Notes: generated by a model from the letters alone, not told the origin. A stretch of DNA of 20,000 nt from an uncultured virus (IMG/VR IMGVR_UViG_3300020048_000013) (IMGVR_UViG_3300020048_000013); one strand, 5' to 3'. Counted from the stretch's first letter, positions 8,507 to 16,559 are shown. Translations and numbers: made by a program.

Positions 8507-8545
8507 AAAACCCCAAAACATAATTTTTATGAAATTTGGGGTTTT
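8507..8545 (-). terminator. Inverted repeat / probable terminator after the SPFH gene
   Basis: AAAACCCCAAA...TTTGGGGTTTT arms (inner CATAA/TTATG), followed by a U-rich tract on the minus strand. Confidence 0.55.
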
Positions 8546-8554
8546 GTGTAAAAA

Positions 8555-9824
8555 TTATTTACTCAACTTTTCCGTAATTCCAAGAAGCATGTTGATGCCA
8601 ATTGCATCCATAACACTGTTACTTCCGCCTTTACCATCTCCGCCACCCATAACAATAGTAGGAACTTTAACTTTTGCTAACTCTGCAGCCACACCAACTT
8701 TGGTCTTATAATCCCATTCTGCTCTTTCTTGTGGAGNNNNNNNNNNATCTACTTGCTTCGGAATCAGCTTGTCCTCTGAAAATTGTAGCTTTCTTTTCTT
8801 CTTCTGCTTGTTTAGCTTGTAACTGAGCAACTTTATATTCCTGTTCAGCTTTTATAACTCCAACTTCATATACTTTCTGAGCATCAGTAACTTCTTTAAC
8901 TTTTTCAACCTCTCTTGTATATTTTGCAGTAGCCACATTCGCTTTACCTTGTTCTTCTGCTGTGATAGCATCCTGTTTAGCTCTTAATGCTGACTGTTTT
9001 GCAAGTTCTGTTTTCATTGCTTCATTCTTTCTTGCTGCAATTTGTTTTTTAACTTCATCATCAAAATCAGGTATATCAATTACACATTCCGCAACTTCAC
9101 AACCAAGTTCCTGTAATCTTGTCGGAACTCTTTTTGCTGTTCCATCTTCATTATATACAATAACAGTAACACTCTGTTCTACCATTTCGCCTGTTGCTAT
9201 ATTTTCAACTTTAACAACTTCTTTCTTAGTTACATAAATACCATTTCTTAATTGGTCATCAACTGATTGCTGAAATAATGCGACATTTGTATAAGCATCC
9301 TGTGCTGTTCTTAAATTGGCGGATAGTTTAATAGCATTGTTTACAATAGGAACTACACCACTTCTAATAAAATGCTCATAACCACCTTCATAATCTCTTT
9401 TTAAAACCAAACATCCTTCAGTAGTTGTGGGCAATTTAACCCTAACAAGACCCGATATTTTAGCAATAGAACCATCATTAAATATAACATCTACTGGAAC
9501 CGCGCCTTCACCAACATCAGCAATATCACCAGCACCGAATCTCAAAGTAGCCACATTTCTATAAGTATCAATAGTACCAAATCCTTGAATATACAATCCT
9601 GGATTGTGTCTCACAGACATAGTTCCCGACCAAGCCGCCTGTTTAATCTGAAAATGCCCCGCTTTATTAGTTTCCCATATTTTACCCGAAAATATTACTA
9701 ACATTATCAGTCCTATAGCAACAACACCCATAAGAACAGATTTTTTGATTGATAGTTTCGACCAATCGAATTTATTATATTTGTTAACTGTGTCGTCTGA
9801 TTCTTCTTCTCTATTGAATCCCAT
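8555..9824 (-). CDS. SPFH / band-7 / prohibitin-domain membrane protein (one gene, split by the scaffold gap at 8737-8746)
   Basis: N-terminal TM, SPFH core (PVDVIFNDGSIAKISGLVRVKLP), Ala/Glu/Lys coiled coil. The C-terminus PQERAEWDYKTKVGVAAELAKVKVPTIVMGGG resumes after the gap. Confidence 0.8.
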
Positions 9825-9825
9825 T

Positions 9826-10068
9826 TTAATTCTCCTTTTTATTAAATTTTTCTTCTTTCAGTTTATCCAATTTGTAATTAGCTTGTGCTAATTGTTTTGG
9901 GTCAATTTCATCTAATTTTTCTTTCAGTTCTACTAGTTTGTGATAATCTTCTAATGTTTTATCAACCAAGTCTGAAAGTTCGTCTTTCTTTTCTTTTTTA
10001 TCTGATACTGTAAGCATGTATATGATAATAAATGCTACTATAATCATTGTAAAATATGCAAATGGCAT
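9826..10068 (-). CDS. Small N-terminal-TM coiled-coil protein upstream of the SPFH gene
   Basis: 80 aa, hydrophobic N-terminus and charged helical tail. Confidence 0.65.
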   Translation of the reverse strand: MPFAYFTMIIVAFIIIYMLTVSDKKEKKDELSDLVDKTLEDYHKLVELKEKLDEIDPKQLAQANYKLDKLKEEKFNKKEN

Positions 10069-10457
10069 TATTTCACCTCTTCTTTTTTAGTTTCATCTTT
10101 AAATTCTTCCATAATATCTATAACATCTTGTTTAAGAATGTCGTGAATATCTTTTACTCCTGTCTTTAAACTATCAACTCGGTCATAAGTGACATTTTGA
10201 GCTACTACCATTGTTATTAAAGTTTTTCTATCTGGCATTAGTGTGGCTATTGTAATACTAATGATAAACATCAAAGAAACGACCCATCTCGTTAATATAG
10301 AAGGTTTTTCAGAATAATCAAATCCTCCCGAAATATTCATAATACCATATATAACAATCGCACAACCCAACAAGAAAGCGAGTATTGTAAACAAACCGCC
10401 GATATTTGGGATAACATTAATCCAGTAAACCAACCAAGGACTTATAATAGGTGTCAT
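10068..10457 (-). CDS. Hypothetical membrane protein (2-3 TM)
   Basis: MTPIISPWLVYWINVI...; second TM followed by MPDRKTLITMVVAQNVTYD. Confidence 0.7.
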   Translation of the reverse strand: MTPIISPWLVYWINVIPNIGGLFTILAFLLGCAIVIYGIMNISGGFDYSEKPSILTRWVVSLMFIISITIATLMPDRKTLITMVVAQNVTYDRVDSLKTGVKDIHDILKQDVIDIMEEFKDETKKEEVK

Positions 10458-10756
10458 TTTGTTTCTCCTTTATTTTTTCCCGATTTTTTGACTTTAGTGT
10501 TTGTTTTAAATGCTTTATCGAGTCTTTCACGAACTTCTGCTTCAGTCATTTCTTTTGATATCATTGACGAACCTGATAGTTCTGTTACCAATATCCCCCT
10601 TCCTTTTGTCAAAACTCCGACAGTCGATCCTCTTACTACTTTCTTCCACAACATTTTTGAGCAAAAACTCCATCCAGTATTGCTATTTACCATCATGTTT
10701 GCTCTTTCATCAGGAACTCTTTTAATTTCTCCTGTTTCATTCGATATACACTTCAT
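10454..10756 (-). CDS. Hypothetical protein
   Basis: 100 aa with GGAGG RBS; N-terminus MKCI...GEIKRVPDERA..MV...GWSFCSK..WK. Confidence 0.65.
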   Translation of the reverse strand: MKCISNETGEIKRVPDERANMMVNSNTGWSFCSKMLWKKVVRGSTVGVLTKGRGILVTELSGSSMISKEMTEAEVRERLDKAFKTNTKVKKSGKNKGETK

Positions 10757-10773
10757 AGGTGTTTCCTCCGTGT

Positions 10774-10833
10774 TTTTATTTCTCTCCGTTAATAATAAAA
10801 CCCCTACTCAGGGAGAGAGTCCTTTCGGGGTTC
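10774..10833 (-). other. Structured intergenic RNA element / terminator with a loop-E-like internal loop
   Basis: GAACCCC-GAA-AGG-ACUCUCUC-CCU-G-AGUA-GGGGUUUU. The loop is complementary to a downstream GAGAGA at 10781-10786. Confidence 0.45.
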
Positions 10834-10838
10834 AAAAA

Positions 10839-12260
10839 TTATTGTAATCTTTCTGTAATGACATCATACATTTTATCGTTAAGAGCATTCATCATGATAC
10901 TTACTGGTGTAAATTCTTCTGCTCCTTTCAATATCGATTTTAATGTTGATGCATCGCCACCGCTAACTAATGCTACATCTTTAGTGGTTGAGTTTACAGG
11001 AACATTTCCGATTCTTCCGTTAACATTCCAAAAAACTACTTTAGGAACTTTATATCCAGCATTTTGATAATCCATTTTGAATTTATCATATGCTGTTAAA
11101 GTACAGTGACCATCAAATTCCATATCGGAGATTATTAACAGCATTGTTGGCATATCACTTTCTGATATGTTATTTTCGACGGCTTTTGTTAACACCATTC
11201 TGAAAACAGCATCCAAATCTGTGTTATTGCTAATGAAACCAACACTTCTTAGTTGACGAAATCTTTCTGTCACACTTCCCTGTATATATTGCATTTTTGG
11301 CTTTCCTGAGAATGTCACAAATGCATCTTTAAAAATCGATTTGTTTCTTTCTGATATATAAACCCCAAGAGATACTGACATCGCCATTGGCAAACCGTCG
11401 TTGGAATTCATACTATCACTAACATCACAGATAGGAAGTATTCTTTCGTTAGAATCAGTCATATAATCAGGCAAACAAGACCATTGTGCGTCTATGGAAT
11501 TAGTATCTGCTCCTCTCATAAAGCTTCTATATATATCATAAGGAAATATATCTTTAGCTTTTATCATTTTTATACCTTGTTTAACTGCAGTTTTTGCAAT
11601 TTCGATAAAAGACTTAAATCTTCCTTCGTCGTTTCTATACCACGCAGTACGATATTTATTAAAAGCTACTCCTGGTATTTGGCTATAATTGATATCAGAC
11701 CATTTTTTTGCACACATTAATTGTTCTACTGTTTTAGAACCGTCTGCAATAATTTTTCTATATTTAGATGCGCTCATGCCAGTGTAGTTAAGAAACTTTA
11801 ATCTGAAACCATTATATGTTTTGTTGGTTCTAGGCAACCATTTACACAAAAGTCCATTACTCATGTTGCGTGATACCAAATTATAAACTTGTGGTGTTTG
11901 GATGTGAAACAAACTATCCCATCTATTAAATTCTGGAACTAGGTCAAAAAGCTTATAAAACACTTCTTGGTCTTTGTTGTGTATCCAATTTAAAGCTATA
12001 CGGAAAAATCTTCTTTCTCCTTTTCCGCCTCTAATATTTCCACCATGAAAAATTGCTTTGAGTGTCAGTAAACTATCTTCTACCCAAGATCTTTCAATCA
12101 TAGCTTCTATATCAGAAACCGACATTGTTCTAGATGCACCAAGAATAAAATAAAGGTCTAAAACACCATTCAACGAAGTCGAATTTGTAAGACCGCCATT
12201 AGCTGTTAATGCGTCTTTTTGTCTTGCTACATTTACTAATACTGATTTGCTTTGTGCCAT
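10839..12260 (-). CDS. DUF2828-type protein (Ro60/TROVE-related helical domain plus vWA domain)
   Basis: Motifs TANGGLTNSTS...LDLYF, RGGKGERRFFR, LLCKWLPR, VEQLMCAKKWSDINYSQIP, MIDAS-like CDVSDSM, NTDLDAVF, IISDMEFD and GYKVPKVVFWNV. Confidence 0.8.
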   Translation of the reverse strand: MAQSKSVLVNVARQKDALTANGGLTNSTSLNGVLDLYFILGASRTMSVSDIEAMIERSWVEDSLLTLKAIFHGGNIRGGKGERRFFRIALNWIHNKDQEVFYKLFDLVPEFNRWDSLFHIQTPQVYNLVSRNMSNGLLCKWLPRTNKTYNGFRLKFLNYTGMSASKYRKIIADGSKTVEQLMCAKKWSDINYSQIPGVAFNKYRTAWYRNDEGRFKSFIEIAKTAVKQGIKMIKAKDIFPYDIYRSFMRGADTNSIDAQWSCLPDYMTDSNERILPICDVSDSMNSNDGLPMAMSVSLGVYISERNKSIFKDAFVTFSGKPKMQYIQGSVTERFRQLRSVGFISNNTDLDAVFRMVLTKAVENNISESDMPTMLLIISDMEFDGHCTLTAYDKFKMDYQNAGYKVPKVVFWNVNGRIGNVPVNSTTKDVALVSGGDASTLKSILKGAEEFTPVSIMMNALNDKMYDVITERLQ

Positions 12261-12285
12261 GATTTTCTCCTTTTTTTAATTTTTC

Positions 12286-12337
12286 AGTCTGCTATTTTTT
12301 CCATAAAAGGGAATTTTATTTTTGCTGTAAGCAGACT
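12286..12337 (-). ncRNA. Candidate small structured RNA / 5' leader with a tRNA-Lys(UUU)-like anticodon loop
   Basis: An 8-bp stem AGUCUGCU/AGCAGACU encloses UACAGCAAAAAUAAAA-UUCC-CUUUUAU-GGAA-AAAAU. Confidence 0.6.
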
Positions 12338-12345
12338 ATCTTTTG

Positions 12346-12463
12346 TTCGGGGAGACGGACTCGAACCGCCGACCTACTCCTTATAATGGAATTTTGTTTT
12401 TGCTGTGTGTATTCATTCTCTAAATACATTTTTTAGTTACTCTACCAACTGAGCTATCCCCGA
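12346..12463 (-). tRNA. tRNA-like RNA (anticodon UAU, Ile-type) with a 45-nt insertion in or before the 5' anticodon strand; no encoded CCA
   Basis: Acceptor UCGGGGA/UCCCCGA, U8A9, D arm GCUC-AGUUGGUA-GAGU, anticodon loop AUUAUAA, variable loop AGGUC, T arm GGCGG-UUCGAGU-CCGUC, discriminator A. Confidence 0.8.
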
Positions 12464-12493
12464 ATTTATGTCATATTTGAAAGAACAGGTTGT

Positions 12494-12522
12494 AATATAC
12501 ACTAATTAAAATCAAATGTCAA
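12494..12522 (-). promoter_or_regulatory. sigma70-type promoter for the tRNA-like RNA / Ro-like unit
   Basis: TTGACA (12522-12517), 17 nt, TATATT (12499-12494). Confidence 0.75.
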
Positions 12523-12525
12523 GTA

Positions 12526-13182
12526 TTATTTTAAAAATAATTCAGGATTGTGTACATCTATTTTATATTTTACTACTAAATGAGTTAAAGTTTCTGATTC
12601 AGATAGGTTCATAATTTCAAATTCCACATTTCTAAAAAATTTCTCAAAATCTGTGTATAAATTCAAATTTGGAATTTTTGTCAGATTGATAACATATGAT
12701 ATATTACCATGATTACGATAATCCATTTTGAAATTACCATCAGAATTTTCGCATAAAGCTTTTGCTTTTTCTCTCAACTCTTTAATTTTCGAATTTAGTT
12801 CTGGTATCCCGAATTTATTATCGAATTCTGCTCTTTCTTTTTCAATTGATATTTTTTCTGCTTCCGCTTTTTTTATTTTTGATTTTCTGAACAAAATATC
12901 ATCATTCATATACTCTCCAGAACTATATTTTATAGTCAAGTCGGATAGTAATTCACTATTTTTACATTCTCTATGTTCCAAACTACGGACTGTTTCTATA
13001 TTATTTCTTCTGATTTCATAGAGTTTATTATCTAATCCACCAATATCATAGCTAATGCTATTAAATTCCGTAATAAAATCTTTATGAAGTTCTTCAAAAT
13101 CTTTAATCAATTTTTGATATACGAAATTGAAGTTTTTTTGCAATTCTTTTTTACATTTTTCTAATATTGTATATTTTTCCAT
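12526..13182 (-). CDS. Hypothetical coiled-coil protein
   Basis: 218 aa, K/E-rich helices, AAGGAGA RBS. Confidence 0.7.
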   Translation of the reverse strand: MEKYTILEKCKKELQKNFNFVYQKLIKDFEELHKDFITEFNSISYDIGGLDNKLYEIRRNNIETVRSLEHRECKNSELLSDLTIKYSSGEYMNDDILFRKSKIKKAEAEKISIEKERAEFDNKFGIPELNSKIKELREKAKALCENSDGNFKMDYRNHGNISYVINLTKIPNLNLYTDFEKFFRNVEFEIMNLSESETLTHLVVKYKIDVHNPELFLK

Positions 13183-13194
13183 TTTATTTCTCCT

Positions 13195-13692
13195 TTAATT
13201 TATTTGTTTGCCTTCAACAGTCATTCTCCAATCACCAAAAGTTCCGCATAGTATGAAAGAACCAAATCTAAATTTATCAACTATGTTTGTTCCTATCTTC
13301 ACAGATTCGTAAAATTGTTTACTAACAGGTAATTGAAATGTTATTGCATTTAGAGCATCTTTAGCATGAGTTTCCAAACTCAAAGAAAAATGCGACTGTT
13401 TTAACTTCAATGTTAATATGTAATTCGGAACTCTTCCTGTTTCATATATTTTCATCTCTTTGATTTTAATATCGAGATCTTTTATTAACATCATCTTTGT
13501 CGATATTGCATTTTCGGTTTGTGATAATTTTTTCTCGATTTTATTAATTTCAGAATTAAGTATCATTCTTTTGTGACCGAGCTCAATTATGTCGGTTTTA
13601 ATATCTTCCGATGTTTCTGAACATGAAGATAAAATATATAGAAACGATAAACAATTAACAACTACCCACATAACCAATAAAAATTTTTTCAT
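13195..13692 (-). CDS. Putative lipoprotein with coiled coil
   Basis: Start re-assigned to MKKFLLV (GGAGAGA RBS). Signal peptide ends in the lipobox-like LSSC. Confidence 0.6.
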   Translation of the reverse strand: MKKFLLVMWVVVNCLSFLYILSSCSETSEDIKTDIIELGHKRMILNSEINKIEKKLSQTENAISTKMMLIKDLDIKIKEMKIYETGRVPNYILTLKLKQSHFSLSLETHAKDALNAITFQLPVSKQFYESVKIGTNIVDKFRFGSFILCGTFGDWRMTVEGKQIN

Positions 13693-13703
13693 TTTTCTCT
13701 CCT

Positions 13704-14015
13704 TTATTTTATCCAACCTGCAATTTTGCATAGTAACCATTTTGGAACTATGATTAGGTTTTCTTTAATTTCACAATGTTTTTTACTATAATGTTGAATT
13801 GCTCCTCCTGACATTTCAAGTAACCAAGATTTATTAGTTTCTGCAACTATTTTTTTAAATTCATATTGAGAATACTCCGACCATATATTTTTAGTAATAT
13901 CCCCGTTGATTATTTTTTCTTTTGGAGTCTTCTTTATATAATAGGTTCTTTTGGTGTGGCAACTATACCAATCACCTATATTATTATCAATAAGTTCTTG
14001 AGCATATTCACTCAT
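13704..14015 (-). CDS. Hypothetical protein
   Basis: 103-aa ORF with GAGG RBS. Confidence 0.6.
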   Translation of the reverse strand: MSEYAQELIDNNIGDWYSCHTKRTYYIKKTPKEKIINGDITKNIWSEYSQYEFKKIVAETNKSWLLEMSGGAIQHYSKKHCEIKENLIIVPKWLLCKIAGWIK

Positions 14016-14100
14016 TTTTTTCCTCGCTTCTACCGGTTAACCACCCCAATATAAAACCCAAAATTAGAATAACTAACAATTTGATTAAAAAATAATCCAT
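14008..14100 (-). CDS. Very small TM peptide (not in the ORF track)
   Basis: GGAGAGA RBS, then MDYFLIKLLVILILGFILGWLTGRSEEKNE*. Confidence 0.5.
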   Translation of the reverse strand: MDYFLIKLLVILILGFILGWLTGRSEEKNE

Positions 14101-14120
14101 TTTTCTCTCCTTTTTAATTT

Positions 14121-14471
14121 TTATTTTATAAATTGTGTTTCTCTTACAACATCATCTACAAACCAATCGAAAAGTAGTGTTTCATTCCAATATTTATCTA
14201 CTGCCAAGTCCATGTTAAATTTTGCAATATCTTTTGTAATAGCGACTCTCTCATATTCTGATACAGTTCTCGATGCATCATAAGTGGACTGTAGTGCTTC
14301 TCTTTCTTGTAAATATGTTGCAGTATTTAAACGAACACTTACTAAACCCAAAAACAGAAATATCGTAGCTATAGACCCAATACAAGTAGCCAGTAAGGAT
14401 AATTCGCAATTAATTCTTTTCAAAATCCATCCTGTTAAGAATGTCGATGCCAAACTAAATAATACTATCAT
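14121..14471 (-). CDS. Hypothetical membrane protein (2 TM)
   Basis: Two hydrophobic N-terminal segments, GAGG RBS. Confidence 0.65.
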   Translation of the reverse strand: MIVLFSLASTFLTGWILKRINCELSLLATCIGSIATIFLFLGLVSVRLNTATYLQEREALQSTYDASRTVSEYERVAITKDIAKFNMDLAVDKYWNETLLFDWFVDDVVRETQFIK

Positions 14472-14472
14472 T

Positions 14473-14826
14473 TTAGTTACCTCTCTTAAATTTACTATAT
14501 TCGCTGGTGTAGAAATATTTGAATGAACTCTCTCGTTGAGATGTCACTTCTTCATAAAAAGTTCCTCTAAAAAAACATTTATATTTGTATTGAACATAAC
14601 CTTCTTTCTTATTCAGAATTGTTATTGTGTCTGATGGTGTCTTTTCGATAAATGGGTTTGGGTCGGGTTCGGAAATAAAAACATCCCCGACATTAATGAT
14701 TTCGTTTTTGTCTTGTTTTGGTGTATCTGTATTCTGCTTGTTAATCATCTTGGTATTCACATAAATTATAATTATGATAGCCATGATGATGATTAGGGCG
14801 ATGATTGATACTTTTCCGTTTTTCAT
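14473..14826 (-). CDS. Hypothetical N-terminally anchored membrane protein
   Basis: Start re-assigned to MKNGKV (GGAGAGA RBS, promoter upstream). Ile-rich TM. Confidence 0.65.
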   Translation of the reverse strand: MKNGKVSIIALIIIMAIIIIIYVNTKMINKQNTDTPKQDKNEIINVGDVFISEPDPNPFIEKTPSDTITILNKKEGYVQYKYKCFFRGTFYEEVTSQRESSFKYFYTSEYSKFKRGN

Positions 14827-14852
14827 TTTTCTCTCCTTTTTAATTTTCTTGT

Positions 14853-14881
14853 AATTTAACATTAATTTTATTGAATGTCAA
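14853..14881 (-). promoter_or_regulatory. sigma70-type promoter with extended -10
   Basis: TTGACA (14881-14876), 17-nt spacer ending in TGT, TAAATT (14858-14853). Confidence 0.6.
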
Positions 14882-15357
14882 GTCTTTTTTTTCAATTTTT
14901 TCGACCATTCATATAATATCTTCGCATTATCTATAATTTCGTATAGCAAAGTGTGGCTATGTTTATTACAATCAAATTCTTTTCTTATTGTAATAAAATC
15001 AGAATCTTCTGACTTTTCTATATTATATCCATCAGGAACATTTGATAATTTAACAGGCTTCTCGAATGCTATGTAACAATCAATATTTAAATTTTTTTGA
15101 TATTTGGAATATACATGATTATAAACCAAAACATCCGAAGGTTTAATATGACCAGAACAACAATATAAAGTTTTATATCCTTTTTTGTTTAATAATGATA
15201 TAGTTGGTGCTAATAATTCATCACATTCGAATAATTGTCCTTTACATCCCTTTCTGAAACAATATAAATCTGGATTATGCAATCTTTCATAACCGTCTTT
15301 AAATTTCAAAAGAACTCCTACATTATAAATTCTAAAACACTTACTACATATCTGCAT
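14878..15357 (-). CDS. Zn-binding phage protein with a Tyw3/Taw3-like motif
   Basis: CxxC...C....C N-terminus, then CDELLAPTISLLNKKGYKTLYCCSGH. Confidence 0.5.
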   Translation of the reverse strand: MQICSKCFRIYNVGVLLKFKDGYERLHNPDLYCFRKGCKGQLFECDELLAPTISLLNKKGYKTLYCCSGHIKPSDVLVYNHVYSKYQKNLNIDCYIAFEKPVKLSNVPDGYNIEKSEDSDFITIRKEFDCNKHSHTLLYEIIDNAKILYEWSKKLKKKT

Positions 15358-15894
15358 TTACTTTCCATTTTTATTTTTTAAAATTTTAAATACTTCTGTC
15401 ATGCTGGAGACTGTTTGATATTCGTTCCAATATTTTTTATTCCAAGGTCTTTTCATGAGAAATTTAGTTTTACATTTCGACGATTTAATATGATCAATAC
15501 AATCATCTACTATAATATCTCCTTTAACCCAACTTTTATCATCAGTAAATACAACACTATCATAATTGATATTATGCTTTAATAACCATCCCAAAGTATA
15601 TAATTCTGTTCCTCTAAATTGTTTCGTGACAATTCTTATATGATATCCCAAATCTTTAATATCCTGAACTGCTTTGGATGAGTTTTTAAATGATTTTGAA
15701 TTGAGAAAAACTTCTTTAGCAAATTCACAAAAATATTGCTTAATGTCTTTTATTTCTGTAAGTACTGTTCTCATATCATATTCAGTTATGTCATTTTTAG
15801 TAAAGCTGGTGCCATAAAAACTATTATAAATTTTTAAAACTTCATTTACCATATCTCTCAAAACTTCGTCTACATCCACCAAAATTGTTTTCAT
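15358..15894 (-). CDS. 5'(3')-deoxyribonucleotidase (NT5C-type HAD phosphatase)
   Basis: HAD motif I ILVDVDEVLRD, motif II IVTK, motifs III/IV DKSWVKGDIIVDD, and C-terminal RPWN. Confidence 0.85.
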   Translation of the reverse strand: MKTILVDVDEVLRDMVNEVLKIYNSFYGTSFTKNDITEYDMRTVLTEIKDIKQYFCEFAKEVFLNSKSFKNSSKAVQDIKDLGYHIRIVTKQFRGTELYTLGWLLKHNINYDSVVFTDDKSWVKGDIIVDDCIDHIKSSKCKTKFLMKRPWNKKYWNEYQTVSSMTEVFKILKNKNGK

Positions 15895-15906
15895 TTTATC
15901 TCCTTT

Positions 15907-16218
15907 TTAAGTTACTATATATAAACAAAATGATATAAATGCAAGTAATCCCAAAAGAATGATTATAATTGGCATGACCCTAACAGCTTCATAATTTGGA
16001 CATTCTCCATTTATATTATTATCAATATCACCAAACGAAATGATTTGTCCAGTATATTCATTGCGTTTCGTTAAACAACAAAAATTTAAATCGCCATCTT
16101 TATGCCTACAATACTTACAATAAACTTTCTTTGGTTGTTCTGGTTCGCTTTTATTCTCTTTAAGTATGACTGGTGGTCTTACTATTACAAGATTAGGGTC
16201 TATTTTTGGTTCTTTCAT
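15907..16218 (-). CDS. Cys-rich (Zn-finger-like) protein with C-terminal TM; paralog of 19106..19408
   Basis: KVYCKYC...C...NEYTG...NINGECPNY plus hydrophobic tail. Start is probably MKEPK (GAGG RBS). Confidence 0.6.
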   Translation of the reverse strand: MKEPKIDPNLVIVRPPVILKENKSEPEQPKKVYCKYCRHKDGDLNFCCLTKRNEYTGQIISFGDIDNNINGECPNYEAVRVMPIIIILLGLLAFISFCLYIVT

Positions 16219-16219
16219 T

Positions 16220-16420
16220 TTATTCCTCATGTCCAATATTATACCTGATTATGCCCAATACCCATATTATAATGACGAGCAATGCTATAACAGTCGCTTC
16301 AAATCCAAAAACATTATAAGTACTTATGGCTAACAACAGAATTATGAATCCTGATATGTTTGCAAATAATCCCGTTCCGTTATAATCTTTTGCTGTTTTT
16401 TCTTTTTTCATTTCTGACAT
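16220..16420 (-). CDS. Small membrane protein (2 TM)
   Basis: 66 aa, GGAGAGA RBS. Confidence 0.6.
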   Translation of the reverse strand: MSEMKKEKTAKDYNGTGLFANISGFIILLLAISTYNVFGFEATVIALLVIIIWVLGIIRYNIGHEE

Positions 16421-16433
16421 TTTTCTCTCCTTT

Positions 16434-16559
16434 TTATAAATCTACAAACAATAAAATTAATAATATCAACAACACTCTCGGATCTCCTGTAAAATATACA
16501 GCAAATCCCACCAGAGCAAAAAATCCTAAATATATTAACGCTCTTCCTAAATATTTCAT
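16434..16559 (-). CDS. Small membrane protein (not in the ORF track)
   Basis: MKYLGRALIYLGFFALVGFAVYFTGDPRVLLILLILLFVDL*, with ATGA overlap. Confidence 0.55.
   Translation of the reverse strand: MKYLGRALIYLGFFALVGFAVYFTGDPRVLLILLILLFVDL

Noticed and set aside
8737..8746. Apparent frameshift in the SPFH gene and a separate 91-aa ORF (8555..8830)
   Set aside because: The frame change falls at a placeholder 10-N gap, and the downstream frame encodes the expected SPFH C-terminus.
12310..12406. Mini-CRISPR array from the two 19-nt repeats
   Set aside because: Only two short copies, the intervening sequence is tRNA T-arm/acceptor, and no cas genes are present.
12393..12437. Group I intron or archaeal bulge-helix-bulge intron in the tRNA-like gene
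   Set aside because: 45 nt is far too short for a group I intron, the insert is not in the anticodon loop, and I could not build a convincing bulge-helix-bulge at the junctions.
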